A stretch of 64,000 nucleotides of DNA from Hormiphora californensis (Eukaryota > Animalia > Ctenophora). Shown one piece after another: positions 1 through 29,696 of the stretch; within the stretch, counting starts at the first letter, position 1; each line of letters starts with the position of its first letter. The position numbers and the translations under genes are program-made. The notes under the pieces were generated by a model that was not told the origin of the DNA, made no database searches, and saw only the letters and a list, made by a program, of their open reading frames with translations. Where the stretch lies: positions 2,232,001-2,296,000 of the forward strand of contig CM035353.1 in the NCBI GenBank assembly GCA_020137815.1, in the 5' to 3' direction.

Positions 1-1386
1 TGTGTACCTGTTACATGCCCCCTTTTCAAGGTATGTGAGTGTTCCTGTTACATGCCCCCTTTTCAAGGTAGGGTAAACCGGGGCAATTCGAACAACTGGG
101 GCAATTCGAACATAGTACTGCCCGTCTCTCACCTAGTTAAGCTATCATAATGACGTCATCCTATCTCCAGAAGAAAACTGCTCGTTCGAGCCTGCCCGTT
201 ACCACTAAATAGGCTCTAGATCCGGTTTAAGTTGGTCAATTTCCGATTTGAAAAAACCAGCTGAAAGCTAATAATATCAGCTTTCAGATGGTATAAAAAT
301 TATTTAAATATTCGCATGTTTTCATTCCAAATTCTGGTAAATTAAGATTACCGGGGCAATTCGAACAACCGGGGCAATTCGAACATGGGCAATTTGGTTA
401 ACACACCGGGGCAATTTGGTTAACTCCCGGGCCAATGATGTGCAGTTCTTTGTACCACGTGATCACGCGTGATACCGGGGCAATTCGAGCAAGAACGACC
501 AGCGTGTAGATTGCGTGTAGATTACATTGTTCGAATTGCCCCCACCTCTAACAACACCAGGCGGGAATCTTCTTCTGGTGTTGTGAGGACGTTCACGTGA
601 CTCCCACGTGACGAAATAAAGCACTCCTATTGGTGGTGCTCGAATTGCCCCGGTACCAATTTTTCCGACCAAAATTTTTCAATTAGTTATTTAGTTAAGT
701 AAATGATGGTCCCTATAGTTGAAATTTATCTTATTTGAAAGATAAAATAATGAACTTTAATCCTATATAATTTTTTTCATTGAATCTTTTTTTAAATGGG
801 AGTGAGAACCGATTAAGTAAAAAGTTAACCATTTTGCCCCGGTTTACCCTATGTGTGTACCTGTTACATGCCCCCTTTTCAAGGTATGTGTGTACCTGTT
901 ACATGCCCCCTTTTCAAGGTATGTGTGTGTACCTGTTACATGCTCTCTTTTCAAGGTATGTGTGTTACCTGTTACATGCCCCCTTTTCAAGGTATGTGTG
1001 TACCTGTTACATGCCCCCTTTTCAAGGTATGTGTGTACCTGTTACATGCCCCCTTTTCAAGGTATGTGTGTACCTGTTACATGCCCCCTTTTCAAGGTAT
1101 GTGAGTGTACCTGTTACATGCCCCCTTTTCAAGGTATGTGTGTACCTGTTACATGCCCCCTTTTCAAGGTATGTGTGTACCTGTTACATGCCCCCTTTTC
1201 AAGGTATGTGTGTGTACCTGTTACATGCTCTCTTTTCAAGGTATGTGTGTTCCTGTTACATGCCCCCTTTTCAAGGTATGTGTGTACCTGTTACATGCCC
1301 CCTTTTCAAGGTATGTGTGTACCTGTTACATGCCCCCTTTTCAAGGTATGTGTGTACCTGTTACATGCCCCCTTTCCAAGGTATGT
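1..1386 (+). repeat. About 35-bp minisatellite (tgtgtacctgttacatgcccccttttcaaggtatg), interrupted by a MITE
   Basis: Near-identical units at 1-70 and 851-1386; unit reads CVPVTCPLFK followed by a GTATGT donor. Confidence 0.95.
71..849. mobile_element. Non-autonomous TIR element with TA target-site duplication
   Basis: TIR GGGTAAACCGGGGCAA...TTGCCCCGGTTTACCC; aaggTA[element]TAtgtg within a repeat unit; internal ggggcaattcgaaca subrepeats. Confidence 0.85.
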
Positions 1387-1480
1387 TTGTTTCGTATAAT
1401 ACCCCCTTGTTCCATACTACTACTTTGTGTGTGGCTACCCCCCCCCCCTTGTTCCATGCACCAAGATTGCACTCCATCAG

Positions 1481-4400
1481 GTTGAGGGTGGTGAAGTGAG
1501 AGCGGACGATGTAATGCTAGGAAGTGAGATAGAGGTAGTGTGCCATGAGGGATTCAAACTCGTCGGTGGACCTCCTCGAGCTACCTGTGGAATTGGTGGA
1601 GTGTGGGGTGATATCGGTAGTTGTGAGATAGTGAAGTGTCCACACCTACCAGAGCTCATAGATCATGGTAGGTCATATATATTGGAAATTATATGGAAGT
1701 GTTTCATTTTATATTATTATTATGTTATTATATTATGTGAGTAAAAATCCTAAAGAATAATAATTGATTTCATCTTCTTCGAGGCTCTCTCGCCCAAATA
1801 CATTATATCTCTCCCCCCTATCTCTCCCACCCCCTACTAAATTGTTTCAATTTGTATATATCCCCCCCCCCCCTATTTACCCTGATTTGACAGTGCGCTC
1901 AGATGCGGCGCCAGACAGTTAACGATTTACCACTGCATAATTATGGCACTAGCTATAACTCTTCCCGATATATTATGTCGTCTCGCCATCTCCCTCCCCC
2001 TCTCGTTAACCACACATTGTTACAGGATACTGGATAACCAACACCTCTATAACACCCGGCTCTACAACCACGTACACGTGCGATCTTGGCTACCGTCCAA
2101 AATCATCCACTGCCCAGCTGACATGCACCATCCAGGGAGTATGGAGTGGTAGTGCGGAGTGCGTCCCCCTCGCCTGTCCCCTGCCGACCACCCCTGATAA
2201 CGGTGAACTCCAGTACACAGAGGACTATAAGGTCGTGTTGGTGTGTCGTGAGGGGTATAAGGTATGGGGAGGGGTGGAGGTTGTGGAGTGTGGAGAAGGT
2301 GGTCAGTGGAGTGAGAAGATGGGGGTGTGTGTACCAGATGTGAGGTGTCCAGTGTTAACAGCCCCTGTTGCGGGGACTCTCAGCACCAATGAAACGGAAT
2401 ACGGAACAAGGGTAGGATAAGTTGTTAGAAAAATGTTCTGTGTTAAATTGAGCTCTTGATCTGGGCTGGTGTCATGTGATACATGGTTCACACTAATTTC
2501 AGGTATATGTTGAATGTGCTCGGGGGCACACCACCAGCCACGACACACCCCTCGCGTGTGAGGGTAATGGAGAATGGAGTGGACCCCTCCCAACGTGTAA
2601 CCTACCATCCTGTCCTGATATCTCCCATATGGAAGGAGTTACAATGTAAGTTGTACAGTACACTCTGCAGACAGGAACCGACCGAATCAGGAAATACGGG
2701 TCCCTGATTGGCTGATAAACAGTCACGTGACCGAAATAACGAGTTCTGATTGGTTGTTTACTAGTGTCGGTCGGTTCCTGTCCTGATATCTCCCATATGG
2801 AAGGAGTTACAATGTAAGTTGTACAGTACTCTGCAGACAGGAACCGACCGAATCAGGAAATACTGGTCCCTGATTGGCTGATGATAACCAGTCACGTGAC
2901 CTAAATAACGAGTTCTGATTGGTTGTTTACTTATGTCGGTCGGTTCCTGTCCTGATATCTCCCATATGGAAGGAGTTTAGTTACAATGTAAGTGCAGTAC
3001 TCTGCAGATACAGGGTGTCCCATATATTCTGTGGGTCGGTTGGCGAGCTGTCACGCAAAAATGGTGATAGTTGTGTGAAAACAAACTACGGGAGTGCGCT
3101 GGATTAATTCCTTCCTAACTGATTGCTTTATTTTAAATTTAAATTTCAAAAGTTCATTTTTCATGAATGAACATTGCTGCCGTTCATTCATGAATTCTGA
3201 AATATTGTTTACCTTGAGTAGGCAACTTTTCTTTGGCTCGCAATTATCTTTCCAATGAGCACCATAAAAGTCAAATTGAAGCACCAGGTCACATGGCAGT
3301 TGAGAAAATGAACATGCATGATTTTGGCTCTTTCTGCGACTTTCAATCAGCTGTATCGCCGCTACCTTATGTTCAATCTTTTTGAAATTTTGGGTGATCA
3401 TTGGATAAGCAAAGATCTTAGCTGACGAAAAGTGTTGGGTTTTGTTTGGCCCATGTCCTGCAATGACAGAGAGGTGTAGTAACGTGTTTCCGAGCTAGTT
3501 AGTGGGTGCCATGTGATCATGGTGATATCTGACACCTTCGTTGAGCAATAAATAAGGGATTTTCTCAAATTCAAGCATGTGATTCGGGTTTTCTGCGATT
3601 GCAGTGTCGTGCAGCAATCTTGAGAGATCTCATAGCACCCCAAAATGATGATTAGTTCAATGAATTAAGTTGATTAATGATCAATAAGATTAAAACTGAT
3701 GCCACATTAAACTCAATGACCATTTTCGATCATAAATCAACTCTTTTCATTGAACTAATCATCATTTTGGGGTGCTATGAGATCTCTCAAGATTGCTGCA
3801 CGAAACCAATCGCAGAAAACCCGAATCACATGCTTGAATTTGAGAAAATCCCTCAATTATTGTGCAACGAAGGTTTCAGATATCACCATGATCACATGGC
3901 ACCCACTAACTAGCTCGGAAACACGTTACTACACGTCTCTGTCATTGCAGGACATGGGCCAAACAAAACCCAACACTTTTCATCACTTTAGGGATGTTGG
4001 TTCATGAATGAGTGGAATGAACTACCAACATTGAAAAATGAACTTTGAGTTATGACCTTGATTTTTCTTGTCAGCTAAGATCTTTGCTTATCCAATGATC
4101 ACCCAAAATTTCAAAAAGATTGAACATAAGGTAGCGGCGATACAGCTGATTGAAAGTCGCAGAAAGAGCCAAAATCATGCATGTTCATTTTCTCAACTGC
4201 CATGTGACCTGGTGCTTCAATTTGACTTTTATGGTGCTCATTGGAAAGATAATTGCGAGCCAAAGAAAAGTTGCCTACTCTAGATAAACAATATTTCAGA
4301 ATTCATCAATGAACGGCAGCAATGTTCATTCATGAAAAATGAACTTTTGAAATTTAAATTTAAAACAAAGCAATCAGTTAGGAAGGAATTAATCCAGCAC

Positions 4401-5429
4401 ACTCCCGTAGTTTGTTTTCACACAACTATCACCATTTTTGCGTGACAGCTCGCCAACCGACCCACAGAATATATGGGACACCATCGCATCTAGAAGAAGA
4501 CCTCAATTCACCGGGTGGATAAATTTAGCAATTCATTCCTTATTTTTAGGTAATGAGGTATACATTTCCCATATTTAGTATCTTTTTCTTTCTCCCCACT
4601 GTCTTGTAAAATAGACATTTGACCTGCCACAGTTCTCGTGAATAGAATATATGATAAGGTCAGCTGCCAATGCTCTGACAACACTTGACGTTGGTGACAT
4701 ACAGACACCTGGCGCGATTGTGAGCTCAATCTTGGTCGCGCACGGTGTCTATGTCACCAACATTTGACGGGTGTTATCACATGTATAGCTCGAGGTAAAC
4801 CTCAATATATATGACAAAACTTGGGTGGTCCTTTAGATAGAAACTAGAATCACAAAACTAGAATCACTGTCAAGTTGGCTCTTCTCAGTTCTCAGCACTG
4901 CATTATAATCATTACAGTGCTGCTTGTAGTCAAATTACCGTAATGAAAATACAGTAAGGAGACGCGCACGGTGCATAACGCACGGCAAAAAGTTCATGTG
5001 TCAGCACGTACTAGCGCCCTGATTGGTCACGGTTGCGCGTCGTCTTACTGTATCTTTCGTTTTCCATTACCGTTTTCCCACTACAAGCGACCGTGTTAAT
5101 CAATAAACCCGGGTATTACACGGTCGCTTGTAGTGGAGAAACAGTGTCTAAACACCGTGCACGGGTACTAAACACCTTTTTCACCGGGTTTTCACCTTAT
5201 TACCCGGGCGGCGTGCTACTAAAAGTGTTACTCAACAATTATTTCTCTCCCAGGTCGGGAACAGGTTCAGTGGGCGATACTGCTGACCTAGCCTGCCCAG
5301 CCTGTAAACAAGTGGTGGGAAACAGACGCAGTACTTGTACATCCTCAGGGGTCTGGGAACCTCCCATTGGTAGCTGCCACTTGGTGACCTGTACCACACG
5401 GGTAGGTGCAGACAGACAGACAGACAGGC

Positions 5430-5514
<85 letters not shown>

Positions 5515-5517
5515 GCC

Positions 5518-5580
<63 letters not shown>

Positions 5581-5720
5581 TAACCTCGCTCCACACTAAT
5601 AAACACCCCCTCCGCTCAGATAAATAAGCGGCTGTACGAAAGTGTGGAGGGGACCATCCCAACGGAGTGTGGTCGAAGTGTTTCATTTCTCTGCAAACCT
5701 GGCTATACCACCATTGGAAG
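1481..5720 (+). CDS. Multi-Sushi/CCP domain protein (5' end outside window, 3' end unresolved); exons about 1481-1667, 2026-2411, 2503-2645, 5254-5401, 5620-5720
   Basis: In-frame GT-AG joined exons give repeated CCP motifs, e.g. [70 protein letters not shown]. Confidence 0.85.
2672..2949 (+). mobile_element. Two tandem copies (2672-2780, 2838-2949) of a 109-bp hAT-like MITE
   Basis: TIR CAGGAACCGACCGA...TCGGTCGGTTCCTG; same family as the copies with 8-bp TSDs elsewhere in the window. Confidence 0.9.
3011..4482. mobile_element. About 1.47-kb foldback (palindromic) Tc1/mariner-like non-autonomous element
   Basis: ta|CAGGGTGTCCCATATATTCTG...CAGAATATATGGGACACC; arms about 3011-3425/4068-4482 and 3428-3680/3735-3985; absent from the paralogous intron at about 8595. 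Confidence 0.85.
5410..5580. repeat. (GACA)n microsatellite
   Basis: Direct reading. Confidence 0.98.
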
Positions 5721-6645
5721 GTGAGCCTTGTCTGTCAGCTCTCACACCGGGCCGAAGGCAACACCCCCCCCCCCCCTGAGCATGAGACTGAGAGATAATC
5801 ATAATATATTTTATTGGAACTTTATCTAACATTTTACAATAATGATTTGATTTTGCAAGATCATTCAAGCACAGCTGGGGTTGTTGAGTTGAGAGACATT
5901 CCCCACCCCTCAACAAGACAGAGCAAGCTGTCTTTCCCACTGGATACGATTACACGTACTTCTAAACTATCCCCCCCCCAGGACGACGATCACGTGTTAC
6001 GATACCGGTCAATACGATTACCATGTACCCTTCTGCGTGGAGAGTGGCATTTTCAGAATAAGGCGGACACGAAAATGAGCTGCTGGGATCTAAAACTCAG
6101 CTCACTTTCATTGAAAATTAAACCCAAGTGATACAGCGATCACAGTGCAATTCTCTGCAGACATCGGGCCGGCGGGGGGGGGGGGGGGATCAGGACATTG
6201 ATCGCATAGGGTGGTTGATTGTTATATTTAGCATTGAGCTGCCTTTCATAGACGATGTTTAGTAATTGATATTATAGTCAGTAGTCTAGGAGGAAAGAGT
6301 GTGTGTGTGTGTTTGTGTCTGACTGTGTGTGTGATGTGTGAAGATGTGTGTGTGTGTGGCCGTGTGAAGATATTTTCAGGCAGGGATCCTGTCATATCTT
6401 GCATGTTTTTGTTTCATTTTTGTAAACCCGAGTTAACGTTAAAGGCAGCTCAAACATTGTGCTGTTGCATTGTATGAACAATACAGCTCAAACATACTTG
6501 GCTGAGCTCTGTATGGCGCCGCGACCCATCTGAGCGCACTGATAATCAAATGGGGTATGGCGCCGCCATACAGGCTGAGCTGCACTCTCAAAGTTTTCGA
6601 GCAAAATTATCCTGTATAGTATTAAAGGGTAGTATGGTAGTTAAG

Positions 6646-8352
6646 GTCGTGCGCACTTTTTGGCGCCATTTGGCGCCAAATTGGCGCCATTTTGGCGCCA
6701 CGTGGCGATATTTTAGCGCCAAATGGCGCCAAAATTTGGCGACTGCGCACAACCGCCAATTTGGCGCCAAAATGGCGCCAAGTTGGGGTAGTCCCGCCAT
6801 GGCGGTAGTCAATCGCCACATGGCGGTTGCAATCGCCATGTGGCGGTCGGGAGTGGCGCCATACCACGGAAGTGGCGCCATACATGCTCTGGCGGTACTT
6901 AGATGGCGGTGGAGTTTGGCGCCAGTTGTTGAATTTGGCGCTAACTTGTGGCGCCAACAAAAAAACCGATTTCTGGAGTGGCGCCACACCACTGGAGTGG
7001 CGCCACATAAAAAAGTGGCGCCACTCAAAATATTTTGTAACGCCAACATATGGCACTGTTTGACTACCGCCACCGCCATCCTTATTGGCGCTAACGTATA
7101 CTGGATGGCGCCAACATTTATGTGGCGCCACTCTTGTATGGCGCCATAAATGTGGGCTTTTTACCGTTTTTTGCTAATTTTGAGCACCATTAAAGCCAAG
7201 TAACGGCTAAACGGTTGAAGATGGAGCTTAAAAGTCCGACGTCGACCCCCCATAACTTGGCCATTGCCTAGAAAATTGCACCAATGAAAAGTCTCTAAAC
7301 AATTCCTACGTGGCTATGGAGGCGCATTGTCGCATTGTGCGCGTCTCAACACATAGTGTCTCACCTCGATAGCCATATAATAGCCTTAAACAGTTATGTT
7401 TAAACCTAATTATCCAATTATCTAATTAACCGGATGAGATAGAGACTTAATTTCAGCACCTATCACTAATTGGAGAACGCTGAACATTTCAGTGCCCCCG
7501 GTTGTGTCTCTACTCCTTTCCTAACATGGCTATATATAGCCATATGGCCAGCAAACGGCTATATGTGCAGGTCTAATTATCCAATTATCCAATTAACCAG
7601 ATGAGATAAAGACTTTATTCTGGCATCTACCCCCACTAATGCGAGGACACTGAACACTTTGGTGCCCTTAATTTTATCTCTACTCCTTTCCTAAGGGTAG
7701 ATACAGCGTTTTTCTCCTTATGCTCAATTACCAATCAATTAGGGGCTAATTACACACCTTCCCCCAAAAAATTGAGACTGAAATTTTGGTTTTTTATGTT
7801 CAGGGGGCCTATACCTAGAATTTACAACCGGAATTGGCTTCCCGCTAGTGAGTTCTATGTCGAAACACGTTTTGACAGGCTTATGTAGGTGACACAGACA
7901 ACTTCAAAAAATGCGCTCACGGAAGGGCTCATTCTCGGCAATGTCCATATGGCGCCACATGATCATGTGGCGCCATTATCATGTGGCGCCATTAATGTGG
8001 CGCTAATGTGTGGCGCCGTTTGACTACCGCCACGACAACGATTGGCGCCACACACATACCACTTGCATACCGCCAGAGTTTTTAAAATGTGGCGCCACTC
8101 CAGTGGTGTGGCGCCACTCCAGAAATCGTTTTTTTTGTTAGCGCCATAAGTTGGCGCCATATTCAACAAATGGCGCCACACGCCACCGCCATCCAAGTAC
8201 CGCCAGAGCATGTATGGCGCCACTCCCGTGGTGTGGCGCCACTCCCGACCGCCATATGGCGTGTTTGGCGCCAAAATTTTGCCATGTGGCGATTGACTAC
8301 CGCCATGGCGGGACTACCCAAGTTGGCGATTTTTTGGCGCAAATGCGCCCTG
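6646..8352. mobile_element. GGCGCC-rich inverted-repeat element with another repeat family inside (about 7150-7900)
   Basis: About 6770-7030 is the reverse complement of about 8085-8325; dozens of TGGCGCCA motifs; inner part matches the 63000-63930 element. Confidence 0.75.
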
Positions 8353-8452
8353 GGTAGGATGATGGTCCCCTGCCAACGTGTAACCTACCATCCTGTCCTG
8401 ATATCTCCCATATGGAAGGAGTTACAATGTAAGTTGTACAGTACTCTGCACA

Positions 8453-8561
8453 CAGGAACCGACCGAATCAGGAAATACGGGTCCCTGATTGGCTGATAAA
8501 CAGTCACGTGACCTAAATAACGAGTTCTGATTGGTTGTTTACTTGTGTGGGTCGGTTCCTG
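8453..8561 (+). mobile_element. 109-bp hAT-like MITE
   Basis: Family TIRs. Confidence 0.9.
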
Positions 8562-9438
8562 TCCTGATATCTCCCATATGTAAGTGCTCTGCAGATATAT
8601 CGCATCTAGAAGAAGACCTCAATTCACCGGGAGGATTAACTTAGCAATTCATTCCTTATTTTTAGGTAATGAGGTATACATTTCCCATATTTAGTATCTT
8701 TTTCTTTCTCCCCGCTGTCTTGTAAAATAGACATTTGACCTGTCACAGTTCTCGTGAATATGATATCATATATGATATCATATATGGATATATGATAGGG
8801 TCAGGCCAATGCTCTGACATCATTTGACGGGTGTTATCATGTGAACCTCAATATATATGGCAAAACCTGGGTGGTCCTTTCGTTAGAAACTAGAATCACA
8901 AAACTAGAATCATAAAACTAGAATCACAAAACTAGAATCACTGTCAAGTTGGCAGTTGGCTCTTCTCAGTTCTCAGCACTGCAAAATCAATAAACCCGGG
9001 TTTTGTTTGTTTGTCACTAAACCATGGGATACGCTGAGCAAACTCATGGTTTAAAAGACTAAAAGTTCTGGTTTAAAGTTCTGGAACATTTGAGAGGATC
9101 TTGGTCCTTGTATTACTTGAGTCGCTTGTAGTGGAGAAACGGTGTCTAAACACCGTGCACAGACGCACCGTTTGTGTAACGCACGGGTACTAAACACCTT
9201 TTTCAACGGGTTTTCACCTTATTACCCGGGTGCGGCGTGCTACTAAAAGTGTTACTCAACAATTATTGTATCTCTCTCCCAGGTCTGGAACAGGCTCAGT
9301 GGGCGATACTGCTGACCTGGCCTGCCCATCTTGTAAACAAGTGGTGGGAAACAGACGTAGTACTTGTACATCCTCAGGGGTCTGGGAACCTCCCATTGGT
9401 AGCTGCCACTTGGTGACCTGTACCACACGGGTAGGTGC

Positions 9439-10125
<687 letters not shown>

Positions 10126-11058
10126 TAACCTCACTACACCAAACTAACATTAACACACACTAATGAACACCCCCTCCGCTCAGATAAATAAGCGGCTGTA
10201 CGAAAGTGTGGAGGGGACCATCCCAACGGAGTGTGGTCGAAGTGTTTCATTTCTGTGCAAACCTGGCTATACCACCATTGGAAGGTGAGACACCCTCCTT
10301 GTCTGTCAGCTCTCACACCGGGCCGAAGGAAACAAGGAATTTTGCCACTGCCAAAATTCCTTGTTTCCCTTTGTTTGAACCAGCTCTCACTCATTGATCG
10401 AGCACTATCGGATTTTGGCGCCCTCTATAGGATCATTCAAGCACAGCTGGGGTTGTTGAGTTGACAGACATTCCCCACCCCTTACTCAACAAGACAGAGC
10501 AAGCTGTCTTTCCCACCATACGATTACACGTACTATTCCCACGTCAGGACGACAATCACGTGTTACGATACCGGTCAATACGATTACCATGTACCCTTCT
10601 GCGTGGAGAGTGGCATTTTCAGAATAAGGCGGACACGAAAATGAGCTGCTGGGATCTAAAAGACAGCTCACTTTCATTGAAATTAAACCCAAGTGATACA
10701 GCGATCACAGTGTAATTCTCAGCAGACGTCGGGCCGGCGGGGGGGGGGGGGATCAGGACATTGATCGCATGGGGTGGTTGATTGTTATATTTAGCATTGA
10801 ACTGCCTTTCATAGACGATGTTTAGTAATTGATATTATAGTCAGTAGTCTAGGAGGAAAGAGTGTGTGTGTGTGTGTGTGTGTTTGTGTCTGACTGTGTG
10901 TGTGATGTGTGAAGATATGTGTGAAGATGTGTGTGTGTGTGTGTGTGAAGATGTGTGAAGATATTTTCAGGCAGGGATCCTGTCATATCTTGCATGTTTT
11001 TGTTTCATTTTTGTAAACCCGAGTTAACATTTTACGCAGCTCAAACATACTGAGCTGA

Positions 11059-11167
11059 CAGGAACCGACCGAATCAGGAAATAATGGTCCCTGATTGGCT
11101 GATAACCAGTCACGTGACCTAAATAACGAGTTCTGATTGGTTGTTTACTTGTTTCGGTCGGTTCCTG
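11059..11167 (+). mobile_element. 109-bp hAT-like MITE
   Basis: Family TIRs. Confidence 0.9.
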
Positions 11168-11685
11168 TCCTGTATACTATTATAGTATTAAAGTGTAGTA
11201 ATGGTCAAGGTGTCAGTTGTTATGTTCTTAAACCCTATAACTCGCAAAAAGGGGGTCGAGCTAGGCAAGGTGTTCACGAAAGTTCAACGTTAGAAAGTTT
11301 ATATTTCCACCCGAGAGAATAGTGTTGAGTCGTACAAAGATTAAAAGGTGATGGGTATGAGCCAAGAATTGCTGCTCACTGTTATCTGTATTATATTGTA
11401 TTGCAGTTTATCATACGCAGAAATATGTAGTGGATTATGGATTGTGTCTGTGTAGCTGTCAGAGCATTGACAGCTGTAGTGTATATGAGAAGTTTAAACT
11501 GGAAATCTAACTGTAATTATTCATTTTATAACTAATTAAACTTTTGATCCATTTTTCTGAAAATGTCCGATAAATTTGGTTAGGTTTCCTAGTTACTCGA
11601 ATTTCCGCAATACATTTGTTGATTTTTCCGTATATGTACTACATTGTTACACATTTATAAGCCATTTGTGTATACCAGCCTGTAA

Positions 11686-11943
11686 GGGGAAACTCTAACT
11701 GAATGGCATCCCATTAATGGGATCCCATCAGCAGTACAACTCTAACTGATAATGAACCACAGTGATGGTTCTTTCTCTGTATTCTCTCTGTGTGCGCGCC
11801 CAATCAATCAATGCCCGGGCATGCCCAATGTACTGCTACAGAGAGAATACAGAGAAAGAACCATCACTGTGGTTCATTATCAGTTAGAGTTGTACTGCTG
11901 ATGGGATCCCATTAATGGGATGCCATTCAGTTAGAGTTTCCCC
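11686..11943. mobile_element. 258-bp hairpin MITE, PIF/Harbinger-like
   Basis: About 104-bp perfect TIRs GGGGAAACTCTAACTG...CAGTTAGAGTTTCCCC flanked by a TAA/TAA 3-bp TSD. Confidence 0.85.
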
Positions 11944-13109
11944 TAAGGAACTTGACTTTGTTATTATACCGTCAGACATGTTGTTCCTTTTTTCTAAACC
12001 AAATTTAACATGTTAATGTTGATCAATGATAATGTAAGAGAGCTTTTTAGAAAATTAGTGTATGAACAACATACAATTATAGTGGACAGAATCAAAGAGA
12101 ATAATTATTGTCTGTACCAAGTTTCTGTCTGATGGCACAGCGGACCCTTGATTTCTCAGATCGGAACGTCAGACACCTGATAAGTTCTCATTGTGCAATC
12201 GTTCAGTACTGTTTTCTCTCTCTATGATATATAAGTACATAACTGTATTTGATTACATAACTTATTTTACAAACAAATTAAACAATTGTATTTTCAATTT
12301 TGACTTAATGATGGGAAATGATAGTTGGTTATACCATGGGTCTCATCAACCCTGTGGTTGAGTGCAGTGGTGATCAATAATTCTAGGAGTTTATGAACAG
12401 GGATGGCAAAGAAGTTTCGATCCAAGCACCCACTAAGTGTCACGTGCAGAGTCCCAATCAGCTTGGCACACTTGACATATATTGAGTCAGCGTGGGCGGC
12501 GGCGACACCATAAAGGGGTTTGAGAGGGATTTCCGCGCGCGAGGCGGTAAATTGAAATATCCGCGCGCATTCAATATACAACCTCGTGTGTGACAGGCGA
12601 CAGCCCTCCAAACTGTCTGCTGTCTGCAGCGGGACCCGACCCGATCTGAGCACACCGTTTTTAAGATCAAAACAGGGCGTGTTGCAGTCAGACAGAATGT
12701 CTGTTGATATTACATAGACACTCCATCAAAACGGTTGCCTGGGTAGACTGTGTTTGTAAAGGGAGGGTTAGAACATAGCAACAAAACGGCGTGTGGTGTC
12801 GCCTGCTACCGATAGCACCAATCCGTCACTGCACCCGTTAGATTTCCCGGTTTAGGTTTGGACAAAATAAAGAATGCTCATATATATCAATGTGGCAAGG
12901 TTAATTGAAAACAAGTGAACGTCTCACATATCATATTGTCTAGTTTTCACGGCCGACCCTCCATAGTAAAAACCAGACAAATCAATGCCATTGATCGCGT
13001 TATAAGAAGTAATATTACTTATTCTATGTTAAACATAAAACAAGTTTTTGATTATTAAAAAACTGATCAATTGTTGAAAAGCATCAGTATTGTCCCTCTC
13101 TCTCTCTCA

Positions 13110-28977
<15,868 letters not shown>

Positions 28978-29696
28978 CCTCCTATAATGATTTGAAGAGT
29001 TAACTAAAGGTCCTGTTTTGATAGCAAAGCCAAACTAGTATCGCAAAAGGATTCCCTTTCGCAAGGAGTCCTAATTAACGAGGTATGCTACACTCTACAG
29101 TCCTTCGCTCCATCGGCAAAGGAAGACAGCTTCGTATCGGAATCAATGGACGCCGGACGGGTTGAAAGAACGCGCGCGCGCTCGAGTGTGTGTGGGGAGC
29201 GCGAAGAGATGGTGTTTGTGATAGAGGGTGGTCTTCGCGCCCTCCAGATATCACTCTAGTACACTGGAAATGGCGGGCAACTCTCGACTATAACAGCTCG
29301 AGTCGATATAAAACTATCGGGATCCGGGACGGTCCTATGACCTATATGCCTCAATTGCGGGATAATTGATGAGGCGGATCAAGAACTTTTCAAGGGGTTA
29401 TCAGCACACCAAACTTCATAAGTTGGGATGGAACAAAAACGGGGATAAAAACTGGAACAATTGGGAAGAGTTGATGTACAGGGATGGATCGATGGAGTAT
29501 TATTAGGCACCACACGTCACTTCCCTTCTGTTGATACCTGACGAAAGAAGATGGATAATGGTATGTTTAAAATTCTAAATTAATTTGCAATTAGTAGTTC
29601 TATGTTTGATGAATAAAAGGCAAGGTTTTGTCCAGTTAATAAAATATCAGTACCATATAATTCAATATTAACATGATAAAATCACAATAATAAATA

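Noticed and set aside
780-1499. Cys-rich ORFs of 83-239 aa
   Set aside because: Translations of the 35-bp minisatellite in several frames
3051-4283. Mirrored ORFs in the foldback
   Set aside because: Palindrome arms, no recognisable protein
5850-6130. Terminal exon of the Sushi gene
   Set aside because: Acceptor and frame differ between the two duplicates and both give early stops; could not be resolved
6550-8496. WRH/MAP-rich ORFs
   Set aside because: Products of TGGCGCCA repeats on both strands
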